This document shows, one piece after another, positions 21,352-31,150 of a stretch of 64,000 nucleotides of DNA (its first letter is position 1; each line of letters opens with the position of its first letter). The position numbers and the translations under genes were made by a program. Under the pieces are notes generated by a model that saw nothing but the letters and a program-made list of their open reading frames with translations, was not told the DNA's origin and did no database searches. The DNA is taken from contig CAYLOT010000002.1 in the NCBI GenBank assembly GCA_964385405.1, positions 62,168 to 126,167 of the forward strand, read 5' to 3'. The DNA is from an uncultured Chryseobacterium sp. (GTDB lineage Bacteria; Bacteroidota; Bacteroidia; Flavobacteriales_D; Sanyastnellaceae).

Positions 21352-22559
21352 GGAGCCGGAACAGGTAAATTTTCATTGAAAAACCACTGGTTATCGAACG
21401 GTACAATGTACACCCCAGAATAATAGAAATGGATTATTTCTTCTGCTGACTTTCCTTTCTTCGCCATATTCATGGCGCCTTCTTGACAAAGTCCTACGCC
21501 ATGTCCGAAGCCTCTTCCGTGAAGAATAATTTCGTTATCTAATTCTTCAATGTGAAAATAAGCCGACTTCAATTTGAGGTCGGCGCGCATATCTTTCGTA
21601 GAAAGAGAAGTGTTGTTGTGAATGTAGTACAGTGGCCTCCTGTTGGCACTGCAATTCATACTTCCAGCAATACAGTTGTCAGAGTCGTTCAATGAAATGT
21701 TCTTGTTTTTTAAATAAGTTGTCCATTCGTTTGCACTCATTCGTTTTTCCCAAGTGCTGTTCGACATGCTTGTGCAATAAGGGTCTTTTTTACCGATGCA
21801 GTACGAAAGGTTTTCTTTCCAAACATCTTGAGCACTTAACGTCTGACCGCCACAATTGCTGTGGAAAAAGGCAGTGATGAGCTGCGCTGAACTGTCTACA
21901 ATTACCAATTTCTCTGTCTGATGCACTGCTTTGAAGATTCCAATGTCTTTCTTCGAAATACCATGATAAACTTGACAATGTGTTCCGTCGCAAACATCGC
22001 TATCGGTATGTCTTTCATGATTTCTTAAGGCATAGGTCCTACTAAGTATTGCTTGCACTTTATAATATTCTAGAGGCTTGTTTGCTCCGCCTTCAGCTTC
22101 AACAACACCGGCTACATATTTCTCAAGCGGAAGTGAATTAATCACTTGAATTTTTTGATCTTTTGGTTGAAGTAAGAATTCCCCTTCGTATTTGAAAATA
22201 AATGTTTTTGAATTTTGCATCAAAGCGAAAAGCGCATCGTTTCTCAAGGAAGAAAAACTAACTTTCGATGTTTGAATGGATTTGTATGGATCTGTTTTTA
22301 CTTGAATCTTTTTTTCATTCAACATAAACACGACGGTATGCTTGCTGGGTACGTGAAGGTTTATGGTGTCGCACTGAATATGGAAGCTATCTGTGCACTG
22401 CACATAGAGGTAAGTCCATTGTTTTTGTGAAAGCAATTCCAAGCGAACATCTTGTCCGTACAGTTGCAGAGACAGAAGTATTGTGCAGAAGAATAGCATG
22501 CTCGTTTTCACGAATGCTAAACTACACGCGTAAAGATTAGGCTTTTGATCGACCTTCAA
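21348..22559 (-). CDS. SpoIID/LytB domain protein
   Basis: C-terminal GRGFGHGVGLCQEGA signature of the SpoIID/LytB family. N-terminal hydrophobic segment. Confidence 0.75.
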   Translation of the reverse strand: MKVDQKPNLYACSLAFVKTSMLFFCTILLSLQLYGQDVRLELLSQKQWTYLYVQCTDSFHIQCDTINLHVPSKHTVVFMLNEKKIQVKTDPYKSIQTSKVSFSSLRNDALFALMQNSKTFIFKYEGEFLLQPKDQKIQVINSLPLEKYVAGVVEAEGGANKPLEYYKVQAILSRTYALRNHERHTDSDVCDGTHCQVYHGISKKDIGIFKAVHQTEKLVIVDSSAQLITAFFHSNCGGQTLSAQDVWKENLSYCIGKKDPYCTSMSNSTWEKRMSANEWTTYLKNKNISLNDSDNCIAGSMNCSANRRPLYYIHNNTSLSTKDMRADLKLKSAYFHIEELDNEIILHGRGFGHGVGLCQEGAMNMAKKGKSAEEIIHFYYSGVYIVPFDNQWFFNENLPVPAP

Positions 22560-23676
22560 TATTTTTCAACAGCAAGCTTGCCGTTAACTCCGATGCTCCG
22601 CCATTACCGAGAGACGTTTTCAATTCGGCATAAGAATTTAAAACAGAATCACGTTTGCTTCCTCCAATCAGAACAGCACGCAATTCTTCTTCCGCTTGTG
22701 TTACATTCCACTCGTGTTGAATAAGCTCGCGAACGGCTTCCCGATTCAACAATAAATTCACTAATGAGATGAATTTAATTTTCACCAAGCGCTTCGCAAT
22801 AGCAAAAGAAATGGCGTTCGCTTTGTAACAAACCACTTGAGGGGTGTTCAGCAGTGCTGTTTCAAGTGTTGCCGTTCCACTAGTTACCAATGCCGCTTCG
22901 CTGGCTTCCAACAAATCGTAGGTAACGTTGTAAAACAAACTAACTTTGTGCTTGCCAATAATTTTCTTATAAATGTTTTCTGGAAGGGAAGGAGCTCCTG
23001 CAATGATAAACTGATGCCGCGGAAATTTGTATTTCATTTCCAACATCACATTCAACATACGTGTAACCTCTTGCTTGCGACTTCCTGGAAGAAGAGCAAT
23101 AATAGGACGTTCATCTAAAAAATATTTCTTTCGAAACTCTTCCATAGAGACACTCTTACGCTTGTTCACTTCATCGAGTAGCGGATGCCCCACAAACTGA
23201 ACATCCATTCCCTTCCTCGCATAAAAATCTTTTTCGAAAGGAAGCACTGCGTATAGTTCGGTAACGTCGCGTTTAATCTTGTGAACACGATTTTCTTTCC
23301 AAGCCCATATTTGAGGTGCGATGTAATAATACACAGGAATGACTTGTACCTTTGCCCATGCAGCAATGCGTAAGTTAAAGCCGGGGTAGTCAATTAAAAT
23401 AAGTGCATCTGGACGCTCGCTTAAAATTTCGTCCTTGCAGCGTTGTAAGTTTTTGAAAATGGTACGAATGTTTTTCAGTACTTCCCAAAAACCCATGAAC
23501 GCTAAATCTTTGAAGTGCGTTGAAATTCTGACGCCCTCACGTTGCATTAAATCTCCGCCCCAACCCACAAGTTGAAGGGTAGGGTCTTGCTTCAACAAGG
23601 CCATGGCCAAATTGCTGGCGTGCAAATCTCCAGAAGCTTCTCCGGCAATGAAAAAGAATTTCTTTCCGCTTGTCAT
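22537..23676 (-). CDS. lpxB: lipid-A-disaccharide synthase
   Basis: FFIAGEASGDLHASNL N-terminal LpxB signature. 379 aa. Confidence 0.85.
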   Translation of the reverse strand: MTSGKKFFFIAGEASGDLHASNLAMALLKQDPTLQLVGWGGDLMQREGVRISTHFKDLAFMGFWEVLKNIRTIFKNLQRCKDEILSERPDALILIDYPGFNLRIAAWAKVQVIPVYYYIAPQIWAWKENRVHKIKRDVTELYAVLPFEKDFYARKGMDVQFVGHPLLDEVNKRKSVSMEEFRKKYFLDERPIIALLPGSRKQEVTRMLNVMLEMKYKFPRHQFIIAGAPSLPENIYKKIIGKHKVSLFYNVTYDLLEASEAALVTSGTATLETALLNTPQVVCYKANAISFAIAKRLVKIKFISLVNLLLNREAVRELIQHEWNVTQAEEELRAVLIGGSKRDSVLNSYAELKTSLGNGGASELTASLLLKNIEGRSKA

Positions 23677-23984
23677 TAGTACAGATAGATGGCTACAGGA
23701 ACGCTCACAATAACAACAGCCAAAAGGCCTTTGCAGAAGTTGTAATATTCTTGACGAATCATAACGAAGAATAAGATTACGTCGAACAGAATACTCACTG
23801 TCACAAGCTTATCGTGAAAAATGTCGCTTCCTTGAACCAATGTTTCAATAAACCTTGAGAAAGTTTGTCCATTTAGTTGGGCAATGATAAATCCGAATAC
23901 GAGAAAGCCCAATCCTGCCCCTAGAATTCCAGCAGCAAGACCATAGGCGAACGTATCGAACTTCCCTTTTTTTACTGTGGCCAT
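23676..23984 (-). CDS. small 3-TM membrane protein
   Basis: 102 aa with three hydrophobic helices. Start/stop overlaps with surE and lpxB suggest co-transcription. Confidence 0.5.
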   Translation of the reverse strand: MATVKKGKFDTFAYGLAAGILGAGLGFLVFGFIIAQLNGQTFSRFIETLVQGSDIFHDKLVTVSILFDVILFFVMIRQEYYNFCKGLLAVVIVSVPVAIYLY

Positions 23985-24784
23985 TGTTGCAAATGTTTAA
24001 GCGTATGATAAGCTGTTAAATCGTATTGAACCGGAACCGCAGAGACATACATGTTCGCTAATGCGTATTCATCGGTGTCTTCACCTTTGTCGTGATTGTG
24101 GAAGGTCCCCGTTAACCAGTAGTAATCTCTTCCACCCGGATCTTTTCTATGTTCGAACCAATCGTCCCAGAAGGCCTCAGCCTGACGACAGAAACGAATA
24201 CCTTTAATCTCTTCAATGCTTCCTTTCGGAATGTTCACATTCAGACAGAAATTTTGTGGAAGGTGCTCGTCGTTCAGAACATTACGAACGATAATTTCAG
24301 CGAAATGCATAGACGCGCTGAAGTCGGCATCTGTAGAGTAATCGAGCAATGAAAAACCAATAGAAGGAATGCCTTCCATAGCACCTTCTAATGCAGCCGA
24401 CATGGTTCCACTGTAAAGAACATTGGTGGCGGAATTGTTCCCGTGATTCACACCGCTGAGAATAAGCGTTGGCTTCTTTTTAATGATCTGCGAGATTCCG
24501 AACTTTACACCATCGGCTGGTGTTCCCGTGCAAGAATAGGCACGAACCCCTTCACCAAAGATGTGTTGTTCGTGAACACGAATAATACCGTTGATGGTTA
24601 CCGCATGTCCCATGCCGCTTTGCGGCTTGTCGGGAGCTACCACAACTACCTGTCCGAATTTCTTCGCCACTTCCACCAACGAACGAATGCCTTTGGCTGT
24701 AATGCCATCGTCGTTCACAACTAAAATCAAAGGTTCTAAATCCATACTGCAAACATAAGCTTGAAAAGTAGCTTCAGTTGCCAC
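23972..24784 (-). CDS. surE: 5'/3'-nucleotidase SurE
   Basis: ILVVNDDGITAKGIRSL N-terminus and conserved GVNHGNN motif. Confidence 0.9.
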   Translation of the reverse strand: MATEATFQAYVCSMDLEPLILVVNDDGITAKGIRSLVEVAKKFGQVVVVAPDKPQSGMGHAVTINGIIRVHEQHIFGEGVRAYSCTGTPADGVKFGISQIIKKKPTLILSGVNHGNNSATNVLYSGTMSAALEGAMEGIPSIGFSLLDYSTDADFSASMHFAEIIVRNVLNDEHLPQNFCLNVNIPKGSIEEIKGIRFCRQAEAFWDDWFEHRKDPGGRDYYWLTGTFHNHDKGEDTDEYALANMYVSAVPVQYDLTAYHTLKHLQQWPQ

Positions 24785-24829
24785 AGATTCGTGAATATTT
24801 CTTCATCTTTGCCCAAGATTTATAAACAT

Positions 24830-26026
24830 ATGAATGCATTCGTAGTAGGTGGTGTCCGCACCGCAATTGGAAGTTTTGGTGGAACACTTGGTCCTGTAAG
24901 AGCAGATGATTTGGCAGCCGTTGTGTTGGCCGAATTGATGAAGAAGTTTCCAAGTCTTGATCCGGCTGTTATCTCTGACGTATTCATGGGATGCGCGAAT
25001 CAGGCGGGTGAAGACAACCGCAACGTTGCGCGTATGGCTGTATTGCTAGCAGGACTTCCGTATACGGTTCCTGCTGAAACCTTAAATCGCTTGTGTGCTT
25101 CAGGTATGAGCGCGGTTGCAACTGCGGCGCGTGCTGCACATGCGAATGAGGGTGATGTGTTTATAGCAGGTGGAGTAGAGCACATGACACGCGGACCGTG
25201 GGTGATTTCGAAAACCAGTTCGGCTTTTGGAAGAGATGCGCAAATGTTCGACTCTTCATTCGGATGGCGGTTTGTGAATCCGAAAATGAAGGAAATGTAT
25301 GGCGTAGATGCCATGGGAGAAACGGCAGAGAACTTAGCAGAGATGTTCAAGATATCGCGTGAAGATCAGGACGCTTTCGCACTTTGGTCGCAGCAAAAAG
25401 CAGCAGCTTCTCTTGAATTGTTGAAAGAAGAAATTGTTGCGGTGAGTATTCCAATGAAGAAAGGAGATCCCATAGTTTTCAATACAGATGAATTTGCGAA
25501 AGCAGGAACAACCATAGAAGGCCTTGCAAAACTACGCGCTTCGTTCAGAAGCAATGGTACTGTTACGGCTGGTAACGCATCTGGATTAAACGACGGAGCA
25601 GCGGCGTTATTGATGGCGAGTGAAAACGGTTTGCATGCAAACGGGTTAACTCCGTTGACGCGTGTAGTATCCTCTGCCGTAAGCGGAGTAGAGCCGCGCA
25701 TCATGGGCATTGGTCCAGTTGAAGCGTCTAAGTTAGCGTTGAAGCGTGCGGGGTTGACGTTGGATCAAATGGATATTTTAGAATTGAATGAAGCCTTCGC
25801 CGCGCAGGTTTTGGCGTGCACACGTCAGCTTGGATTGGAAGACAACGACGCGCGCATCAATCCACAAGGGGGAGCCATTGCCTTGGGCCACCCACTTGGA
25901 ATGAGCGGTGCGCGTTTGGTTCAAACAGCCTCCATGCAGTTGGCGCGTTCAAACAAGAAGTACGCGTTGTGCACCATGTGCATTGGCGTAGGGCAGGGGT
26001 ATGCAGTGATTTTAGAACGCGTGTAA
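24830..26026 (+). CDS. 3-ketoacyl-CoA thiolase (PaaJ/PcaF/FadA-like)
   Basis: Start re-assigned to MNAFVVGGVRTAIGSFGG. The listed 24761 start overlaps surE. Active-site NRLCASGMSA and C-terminal GHPLGMSGARL, CIGVGQG. Confidence 0.85.
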   Translation: MNAFVVGGVRTAIGSFGGTLGPVRADDLAAVVLAELMKKFPSLDPAVISDVFMGCANQAGEDNRNVARMAVLLAGLPYTVPAETLNRLCASGMSAVATAARAAHANEGDVFIAGGVEHMTRGPWVISKTSSAFGRDAQMFDSSFGWRFVNPKMKEMYGVDAMGETAENLAEMFKISREDQDAFALWSQQKAAASLELLKEEIVAVSIPMKKGDPIVFNTDEFAKAGTTIEGLAKLRASFRSNGTVTAGNASGLNDGAAALLMASENGLHANGLTPLTRVVSSAVSGVEPRIMGIGPVEASKLALKRAGLTLDQMDILELNEAFAAQVLACTRQLGLEDNDARINPQGGAIALGHPLGMSGARLVQTASMQLARSNKKYALCTMCIGVGQGYAVILERV

Positions 26027-26028
26027 CC

Positions 26029-26631
26029 ATGGCGAATATTTTTGAATTCAACGGATATATTCCTGTCATTCACGAGTCGGCGTTCATTCATCCGAATGCA
26101 ACGGTAACGGGCAATGTGATCATTGGAAAGAACGTTTACATTGGTCCGGGCGCAGCTATTCGTGGCGACTGGGGACAGATTATTATTTCAGACGGATGCA
26201 ATGTTCAAGAGAATTGTACCATTCATATGTTTCCTGGAACCACGGTTGTATTGGGTGAAAACGCGCACATTGGTCACGGAGCCATTGTGCACGGCGCGCA
26301 GATTGGCGCGAACACGTTGGTGGGAATGAATGCGGTGTTAATGGACGATGTAATTGTGGAAGAAGAGTGCATCATTGGCGCGTTGTGCTTTGTTCCAGCG
26401 AAAACGGTTGTGGAAAGAAGAAGTGTTATGGTTGGAAATCCGGCCAAGAAAGTGAAAGAGGTGAGCGATCAGATGCTCGAATGGAAGACGGAAGGAACGG
26501 GATGGTATCAGCGTTTGCCAGAGGAATGTCGCAATACCCTGCGCGAGGTTGAACCGCTTCGTGAAATTCCATCCGACCGAAAGGTTCAAGATACGAAGGG
26601 CTACGAAGCTTGGCACGAGCGGAAGTCATGA
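26029..26631 (+). CDS. hexapeptide-repeat gamma-carbonic-anhydrase / PaaY-like protein
   Basis: Start re-assigned to MANIFEFNGYIPVIHESAFIHPNA, 2 nt after the thiolase stop. Left-handed beta-helix repeats (IGKNVYIGPGAAIRGD...). Confidence 0.75.
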   Translation: MANIFEFNGYIPVIHESAFIHPNATVTGNVIIGKNVYIGPGAAIRGDWGQIIISDGCNVQENCTIHMFPGTTVVLGENAHIGHGAIVHGAQIGANTLVGMNAVLMDDVIVEEECIIGALCFVPAKTVVERRSVMVGNPAKKVKEVSDQMLEWKTEGTGWYQRLPEECRNTLREVEPLREIPSDRKVQDTKGYEAWHERKS

Positions 26632-27305
26632 GTTTTCAGTTCAAACAATTTTCGGTCTCGCATGAAGCGTCTTCCATGAAAGTGGGAACAGACGCTGTGT
26701 TGTTGGGGGCTTTCATTCAAACAGAAAAACAAGAAAAAATTTTGGAAGTAGGAACCGGGTGTGGCGTTGTTGCGCTTATGTTGGCGCAGAAGGGAAATCG
26801 CGTTTTGGCAATCGACATTCACGGGCCATCGGTGGAAGAATCGCAACAGAATTTCAGTAAATCGGTTTTCGCTCCATTGCTCATTGCCGACGAGATTGAT
26901 TTTTTCAAACTTCAGGCTCCAGTGAAATTCGATCGTATCGTTTCGAATCCACCTTTTTTTCAAAACAGTTTACAAGCTCCCGACGAGGCACGCAACGCTG
27001 CGCGCCATGCGTTGAATGATTGGGTGAAACGTTTTTGGGAACGCGCGCACAAGTTAACCGGAAGGGTGAATGTGATTATCCCTGTGGTAGTCGTCGACGA
27101 ATGGAAACGCGAAAGTGAATTGGCGAATTTTTTCTTAGTAAAGAGGTGCGAAATCTTCTCTCGTCCAGACAAACCCGCCATTCGTTTCATCTTAGAATTT
27201 TATCGTATTGAACAGCCGTTGGAAGAAACGTCTCTTGTCCTCATGCATGAAGATGGAACGTGCACGAAGGAGTATTCGGAGTTTGCGGGGGATTACTATC
27301 TGTAA
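26628..27305 (+). CDS. tRNA (adenine37-N6)-methyltransferase TrmN6/YfiC-like
   Basis: Start at MSFQFKQFSV overlapping the preceding stop (ATGA). MKVGTDAVLLGAF, the SAM motif LEVGTGCGV and the N6-MTase motif VSNPPFF. Confidence 0.7.
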   Translation: MSFQFKQFSVSHEASSMKVGTDAVLLGAFIQTEKQEKILEVGTGCGVVALMLAQKGNRVLAIDIHGPSVEESQQNFSKSVFAPLLIADEIDFFKLQAPVKFDRIVSNPPFFQNSLQAPDEARNAARHALNDWVKRFWERAHKLTGRVNVIIPVVVVDEWKRESELANFFLVKRCEIFSRPDKPAIRFILEFYRIEQPLEETSLVLMHEDGTCTKEYSEFAGDYYL

Positions 27306-27368
27306 GTCTACAGATCAATCAGACTTCGTCTGATCAATTGCTACGCAATCAATCACCGCAGGTGAGTA

Positions 27369-28250
27369 TTATTCCTCAATTTCCAACAGAACACTCAACA
27401 ACACCTGCAACTCCCTTACCTTATCGGCGTTGTTTTGAGCGATGTAATGGTGACTTAACGCGTTAATGTTACGTGTTACAACATCAGCGTTTGAACACGG
27501 TTCGAAGAAACGTGGATCCAAGGGTAAATGTTGACTAGAGATAAACTGTTCTATTTCTTCACGATCGAGGATGGACCCTCCTGCTGCCGGGTTAATGTAA
27601 AACAATATTTCATCCGTAGCTGTCTCTCCTTCAGGAAGCAACCATTCAGGCATTTGTTCAACATAACACAACAAGAAATGTCCGGGTAAATTCACACCGT
27701 AAATAGGCAAGTCTAAACTACGAGCCAACAGAAGATATAAAGTTCCAATACTCAGAGATGTTCCTGTTTTTGTATTCAAAACATCGAACAACGAATGCGG
27801 GGCATTTTGAATTTCCCCCGAAACACTGGTATAACCGCAGAGCTTGAATAAAATGTGATTCATTACATTCACTGTTTCCAGCGCGGTCAATCGGTCGTTT
27901 AATTCCAACCAAACATCCTGACGCAGTCTAGAGAACAAATAGGTAATCTCTTCGCTCGGAACATTGCGTTGATAGTACTTATTCAAGATTAACATACCCT
28001 CTAACAAATCTTGCTCACCGTTTTGCCAATCTTTAATAGCAACATAAGTAGTCTTGTATTGGATATTCGCAATGATCTCCGATAAGCGCTGCAGTGCAAG
28101 GGGATCTCCATTACCAATAATGAAGTGGTCTTCAAGCGTGTGCAATACTTCTTCGCCCTTCTCAGTAATAGCCTCGCGAACCGTATTGAAGATAACTTCA
28201 TCCGGATCTTCGAGCAATTGTATCAAAGCGTGAATGTCTGTTCGACTCAT
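27369..28250 (-). CDS. hypothetical protein (possibly transglutaminase-like/SirB1-type)
   Basis: 293-aa ORF with no catalytic motif I can verify. Confidence 0.35.
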   Translation of the reverse strand: MSRTDIHALIQLLEDPDEVIFNTVREAITEKGEEVLHTLEDHFIIGNGDPLALQRLSEIIANIQYKTTYVAIKDWQNGEQDLLEGMLILNKYYQRNVPSEEITYLFSRLRQDVWLELNDRLTALETVNVMNHILFKLCGYTSVSGEIQNAPHSLFDVLNTKTGTSLSIGTLYLLLARSLDLPIYGVNLPGHFLLCYVEQMPEWLLPEGETATDEILFYINPAAGGSILDREEIEQFISSQHLPLDPRFFEPCSNADVVTRNINALSHHYIAQNNADKVRELQVLLSVLLEIEE

Positions 28251-28418
28251 GTTGGGTGTTTAATTGACAGAGCCAAATCTATTTTACGCTTTAATCTTTT
28301 GGACATATCATTTCACTCTTTATTCACACTGAATTTTTAGTAAGTGCCAACAGTACTGACAGCTTGTCTAATTCCTAAGAGAATCGCTACATTGGAATGG
28401 CTGTTGTAATATTGAAGA

Positions 28419-29102
28419 ATGATTTTACCGCAAGACAAACAAAAATTATTAGATGCTATCTTGTGGTCTAGTATTTTTATTTTACTCTTTGTTATCTCAT
28501 TTTACGGTTCGCATTATTTGAATGTATCTCTCTCAAAGCTGGGTGTTGAACCACGCACATGGAAAGGACTGCTAAATATGCCAACGATGCTTTTTGTTCA
28601 CGCTTCTCCGGAACACCTTTGGAATAACGTCTTAGCATTCTTCATTTTAACAACCACCATTTTTTTCTTCTATTACGAAATAGCCATCCCCGTTTTTTTA
28701 ATTATGTGGCTGTTCTCTCCAATTATACTTTTTGTAATTGGAAGGAATAGCGTTCACGTCGGCGCAAGTGTGCTCATTTATGCTGAATTCGCTTTCCTCT
28801 TCTTTAGTGGGATATTTAGAAGGAACCTCAATACAAAGCGAATCTCTATGGCAGTGGGTTTTGTATATGGCTACACTGTTTGGTATATGTTTCCCATTGA
28901 AGAGCAAGTTTCGTGGGAAGGGCATATTAGCGGATTCCTATGCGGAATTATGCTGGCCTGGTACTTCAGAAAACAAGGCCCGCCAGAGCCCATATACCGC
29001 CACGAGGTAGAGCCAGAACTTAGTGATGAAGACCCGTTTTGGTTAGAAAACTATAAAGGGAAACCGCAAAATGAGAGCTTATCAGATTTGAATAGTGAAT
29101 AA
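28419..29102 (+). CDS. rhomboid-family intramembrane serine protease
   Basis: Six TM helices. GASV within VHVGASVLIYA (GxSG-like) and a downstream His in EGHISGFLCGIM, the typical rhomboid dyad arrangement. Confidence 0.65.
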   Translation: MILPQDKQKLLDAILWSSIFILLFVISFYGSHYLNVSLSKLGVEPRTWKGLLNMPTMLFVHASPEHLWNNVLAFFILTTTIFFFYYEIAIPVFLIMWLFSPIILFVIGRNSVHVGASVLIYAEFAFLFFSGIFRRNLNTKRISMAVGFVYGYTVWYMFPIEEQVSWEGHISGFLCGIMLAWYFRKQGPPEPIYRHEVEPELSDEDPFWLENYKGKPQNESLSDLNSE

Positions 29103-29178
29103 GTTCATCTCCGATCCCTAATTTATTTCGAATCGGACTGCTTTATATTTGTCAGGAAAACTAGAATCAAGACAACAC

Positions 29179-30297
29179 ATGAAATTCATTGTCAACAGCA
29201 TTGGCCTTTTAAAACAATTGCAATTGTTAAACGGAGTATTGAACTCTAACAATACCCTTCCTATTCTCGATAACTTCTTGTTTGAAATGAAGCAAGACGA
29301 ACTTACGCTTTCAGCGTCTGACTTGGAAACAAGCATGACCACGCGTATGGCTATTCAGTGTAAGGAAGAGGGAATGATTGCCGTACCAGCGAAATTGTTA
29401 CTCGATATCTTGAAGAGTCTACCAGACCAACCGTTGACTTTCGATGTTGATGGGAAAACATTCGGAATTGAAATCACAAGCGACAACGGGAAATATAAAC
29501 TAACCGGACAAAACGGCGATGAGTTTCCAAAGGCCCCGGCCATGGGTGCTTCAAAGGCACTTCTCATTGGTGCAGATGTTCTGAACCGTGCAATTTCTAA
29601 GACTTTGTTCGCTGCAGGTAACGACGATATGCGCCCGATTATGTCAGGTGTATTCTTCGAAATTGAACCCGATAGCGTTCGTTTCGTTGCAACAGATGCG
29701 CACAAATTGGTTCGCATGACACGCTCCGATATCGGAGGTGAATCGGCGGCATTCATTGTTCCGCGCAAACCTTTGAACCTGTTAAAAGGAGCGTTGTCTT
29801 CAATTAAGTCTGAAGTGAATTTGCAATACACCGACAACAATGCCATGTTCACGTTCGAAAACGTAACATTGATGTGTCGCTTAATTGAAGGGAAATACCC
29901 AAACTACGAAGCAGTAATTCCGAAAGAGAATCCATTCAAATTGACCATTGATCGTTTAGATTTCTTGAATTCAATCAAGCGTGTGAGCATCTTCGCGAAC
30001 CGCTCTACCAATCAGGTGCGATTGAAATTAACAGGAAGTGAAATTCAATTGTCTGCGGAAGACTTAGACTTCGCAAACGAAGCACACGAACAGTTGGCTT
30101 GTACTTTCGTTGGAGATAACATGGAAATTGGTTTCAACTCGCGCTTCTTGCAAGACATGTTGAATAACCTAGATGCAAATAACGTTCATGTGGAAATGAG
30201 CGCTCCAAACAGAGCAGGTATCATTACTGAAGTTGAAAAGTCATTCGACAACGAAGACATCTTAATGTTGGTTATGCCAGTTATGTTGAACGGATAA
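29179..30297 (+). CDS. dnaN: DNA polymerase III subunit beta
   Basis: Start re-assigned to MKFIVNSIGLLKQLQLLNGV. Three-domain clamp organisation and a conserved C-terminal ...MLVMPVML. Confidence 0.9.
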   Translation: MKFIVNSIGLLKQLQLLNGVLNSNNTLPILDNFLFEMKQDELTLSASDLETSMTTRMAIQCKEEGMIAVPAKLLLDILKSLPDQPLTFDVDGKTFGIEITSDNGKYKLTGQNGDEFPKAPAMGASKALLIGADVLNRAISKTLFAAGNDDMRPIMSGVFFEIEPDSVRFVATDAHKLVRMTRSDIGGESAAFIVPRKPLNLLKGALSSIKSEVNLQYTDNNAMFTFENVTLMCRLIEGKYPNYEAVIPKENPFKLTIDRLDFLNSIKRVSIFANRSTNQVRLKLTGSEIQLSAEDLDFANEAHEQLACTFVGDNMEIGFNSRFLQDMLNNLDANNVHVEMSAPNRAGIITEVEKSFDNEDILMLVMPVMLNG

Positions 30298-30310
30298 AAT
30301 TATTCAAATA

Positions 30311-30358
30311 AGTTTAGACAAACGCCCGATTTCGGGCGTTTGTCGTATCTAAACTTTT
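30311..30358 (+). terminator. long imperfect palindrome / terminator after dnaN
   Basis: agtttagacaaacgcccg-attt-cgggcgtttgt(cgta)tctaaact has an 11-bp perfect GC-rich stem extended by an 8-bp outer stem. A T7 run follows. Confidence 0.55.
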
Positions 30359-30377
30359 TTAAACTAAATTTAATACA

Positions 30378-31148
30378 ATGGTCACAAAAGAAGAAATAGT
30401 AAAAGATTGGCTACCCCGGTATACGGGAACACCATTGGAAGCATTCGGAGAGTACATTTTGTTAGTGAACTTCCACAAATACCTCGATATTTTTTCGAAA
30501 GAAAACAATGCGCCCATAATTGGCGAAGATAAACCCATGCAAACGGTAACCGCCAACAACATTACCCTCATAAACTTCGGTATGGGAAGCGCTATGTGTG
30601 CTACTATCATGGATTTACTCTCGGCCATTCAGCCCAAGGCGGTTTTGTTTTTAGGGAAGTGTGGAGGCCTGAAAAAAACAAAAATCGGAGATTTGATACT
30701 TCCGATAGCCGCTATTCGGGGGGAAGGTACAAGCAACGAATACATGCCACCTGAGGTACCTGCTCTTCCTTCGTTCAGGTTACAAATGGCTGTTTCAGCT
30801 GCGATTCGGGCGCATGAATGTGACTATTGGACAGGCTCTGTTTACAGCACCAACAGAAGAGTTTGGGAGCACGACGAGAAATTCAAACAGTATTTAACAG
30901 ACATTAAGTCAACGGCCATTGATATGGAAACGGCTACTTTGTTTACCGTAGGTTTTGCAAATAAAATTCCGCGAGGTGCATTGTTGTTGGTGTCCGACAA
31001 TCCTATGGTTCCTGAAGGAGTGAAGACTTCCAAAAGCGATGAGAATGTGACCGTGAATTACGTTGCGCTTCAACTTTCAATAGGTATTCAAGCCTTGAAT
31101 GAATTACGAGATTCAGGTGAATCTGTTAAACACATGCGCTTCGAATAA
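30378..31148 (+). CDS. AMP nucleosidase-like / PNP-UDP family nucleoside phosphorylase
   Basis: PNP_UDP_1 fold markers (FGMGSAMCA, GKCGGL, AIDMETATL). 256 aa, like the short bacteroidetal AMP nucleosidase homologs. Confidence 0.6.
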   Translation: MVTKEEIVKDWLPRYTGTPLEAFGEYILLVNFHKYLDIFSKENNAPIIGEDKPMQTVTANNITLINFGMGSAMCATIMDLLSAIQPKAVLFLGKCGGLKKTKIGDLILPIAAIRGEGTSNEYMPPEVPALPSFRLQMAVSAAIRAHECDYWTGSVYSTNRRVWEHDEKFKQYLTDIKSTAIDMETATLFTVGFANKIPRGALLLVSDNPMVPEGVKTSKSDENVTVNYVALQLSIGIQALNELRDSGESVKHMRFE

Positions 31149-31150
31149 AG

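Noticed and set aside
24761-24829. The long N-terminal extension of the second thiolase (start at 24761)
   Set aside because: It would overlap the surE start codon region on the opposite strand and adds a non-homologous leader. The conserved thiolase N-terminus begins at MNAFVVGG (24830).
25816-26028. The 5' extension of the PaaY-like ORF overlapping the thiolase
   Set aside because: The hexapeptide protein's homologous N-terminus is MANIFEFNGY at 26029. The upstream 213 nt sit in a different frame from the thiolase coding sequence and translate to low-complexity R/H-rich sequence.
24830-26631. Phenylacetate catabolic (paa) cluster
   Set aside because: Only a thiolase and a PaaY-like hexapeptide protein are present. 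There is no paaABCDE oxygenase, paaK ligase, paaG/paaZ or paaX nearby.
27306-27368. Convergent terminator between the TrmN6-like gene and the 27369-28250 gene
   Set aside because: An inverted repeat atcagac-ttc-gtctgat exists (27318-27334). The stem is short and AT-containing and lacks a U-tract, so I am not confident enough to list it as a feature.
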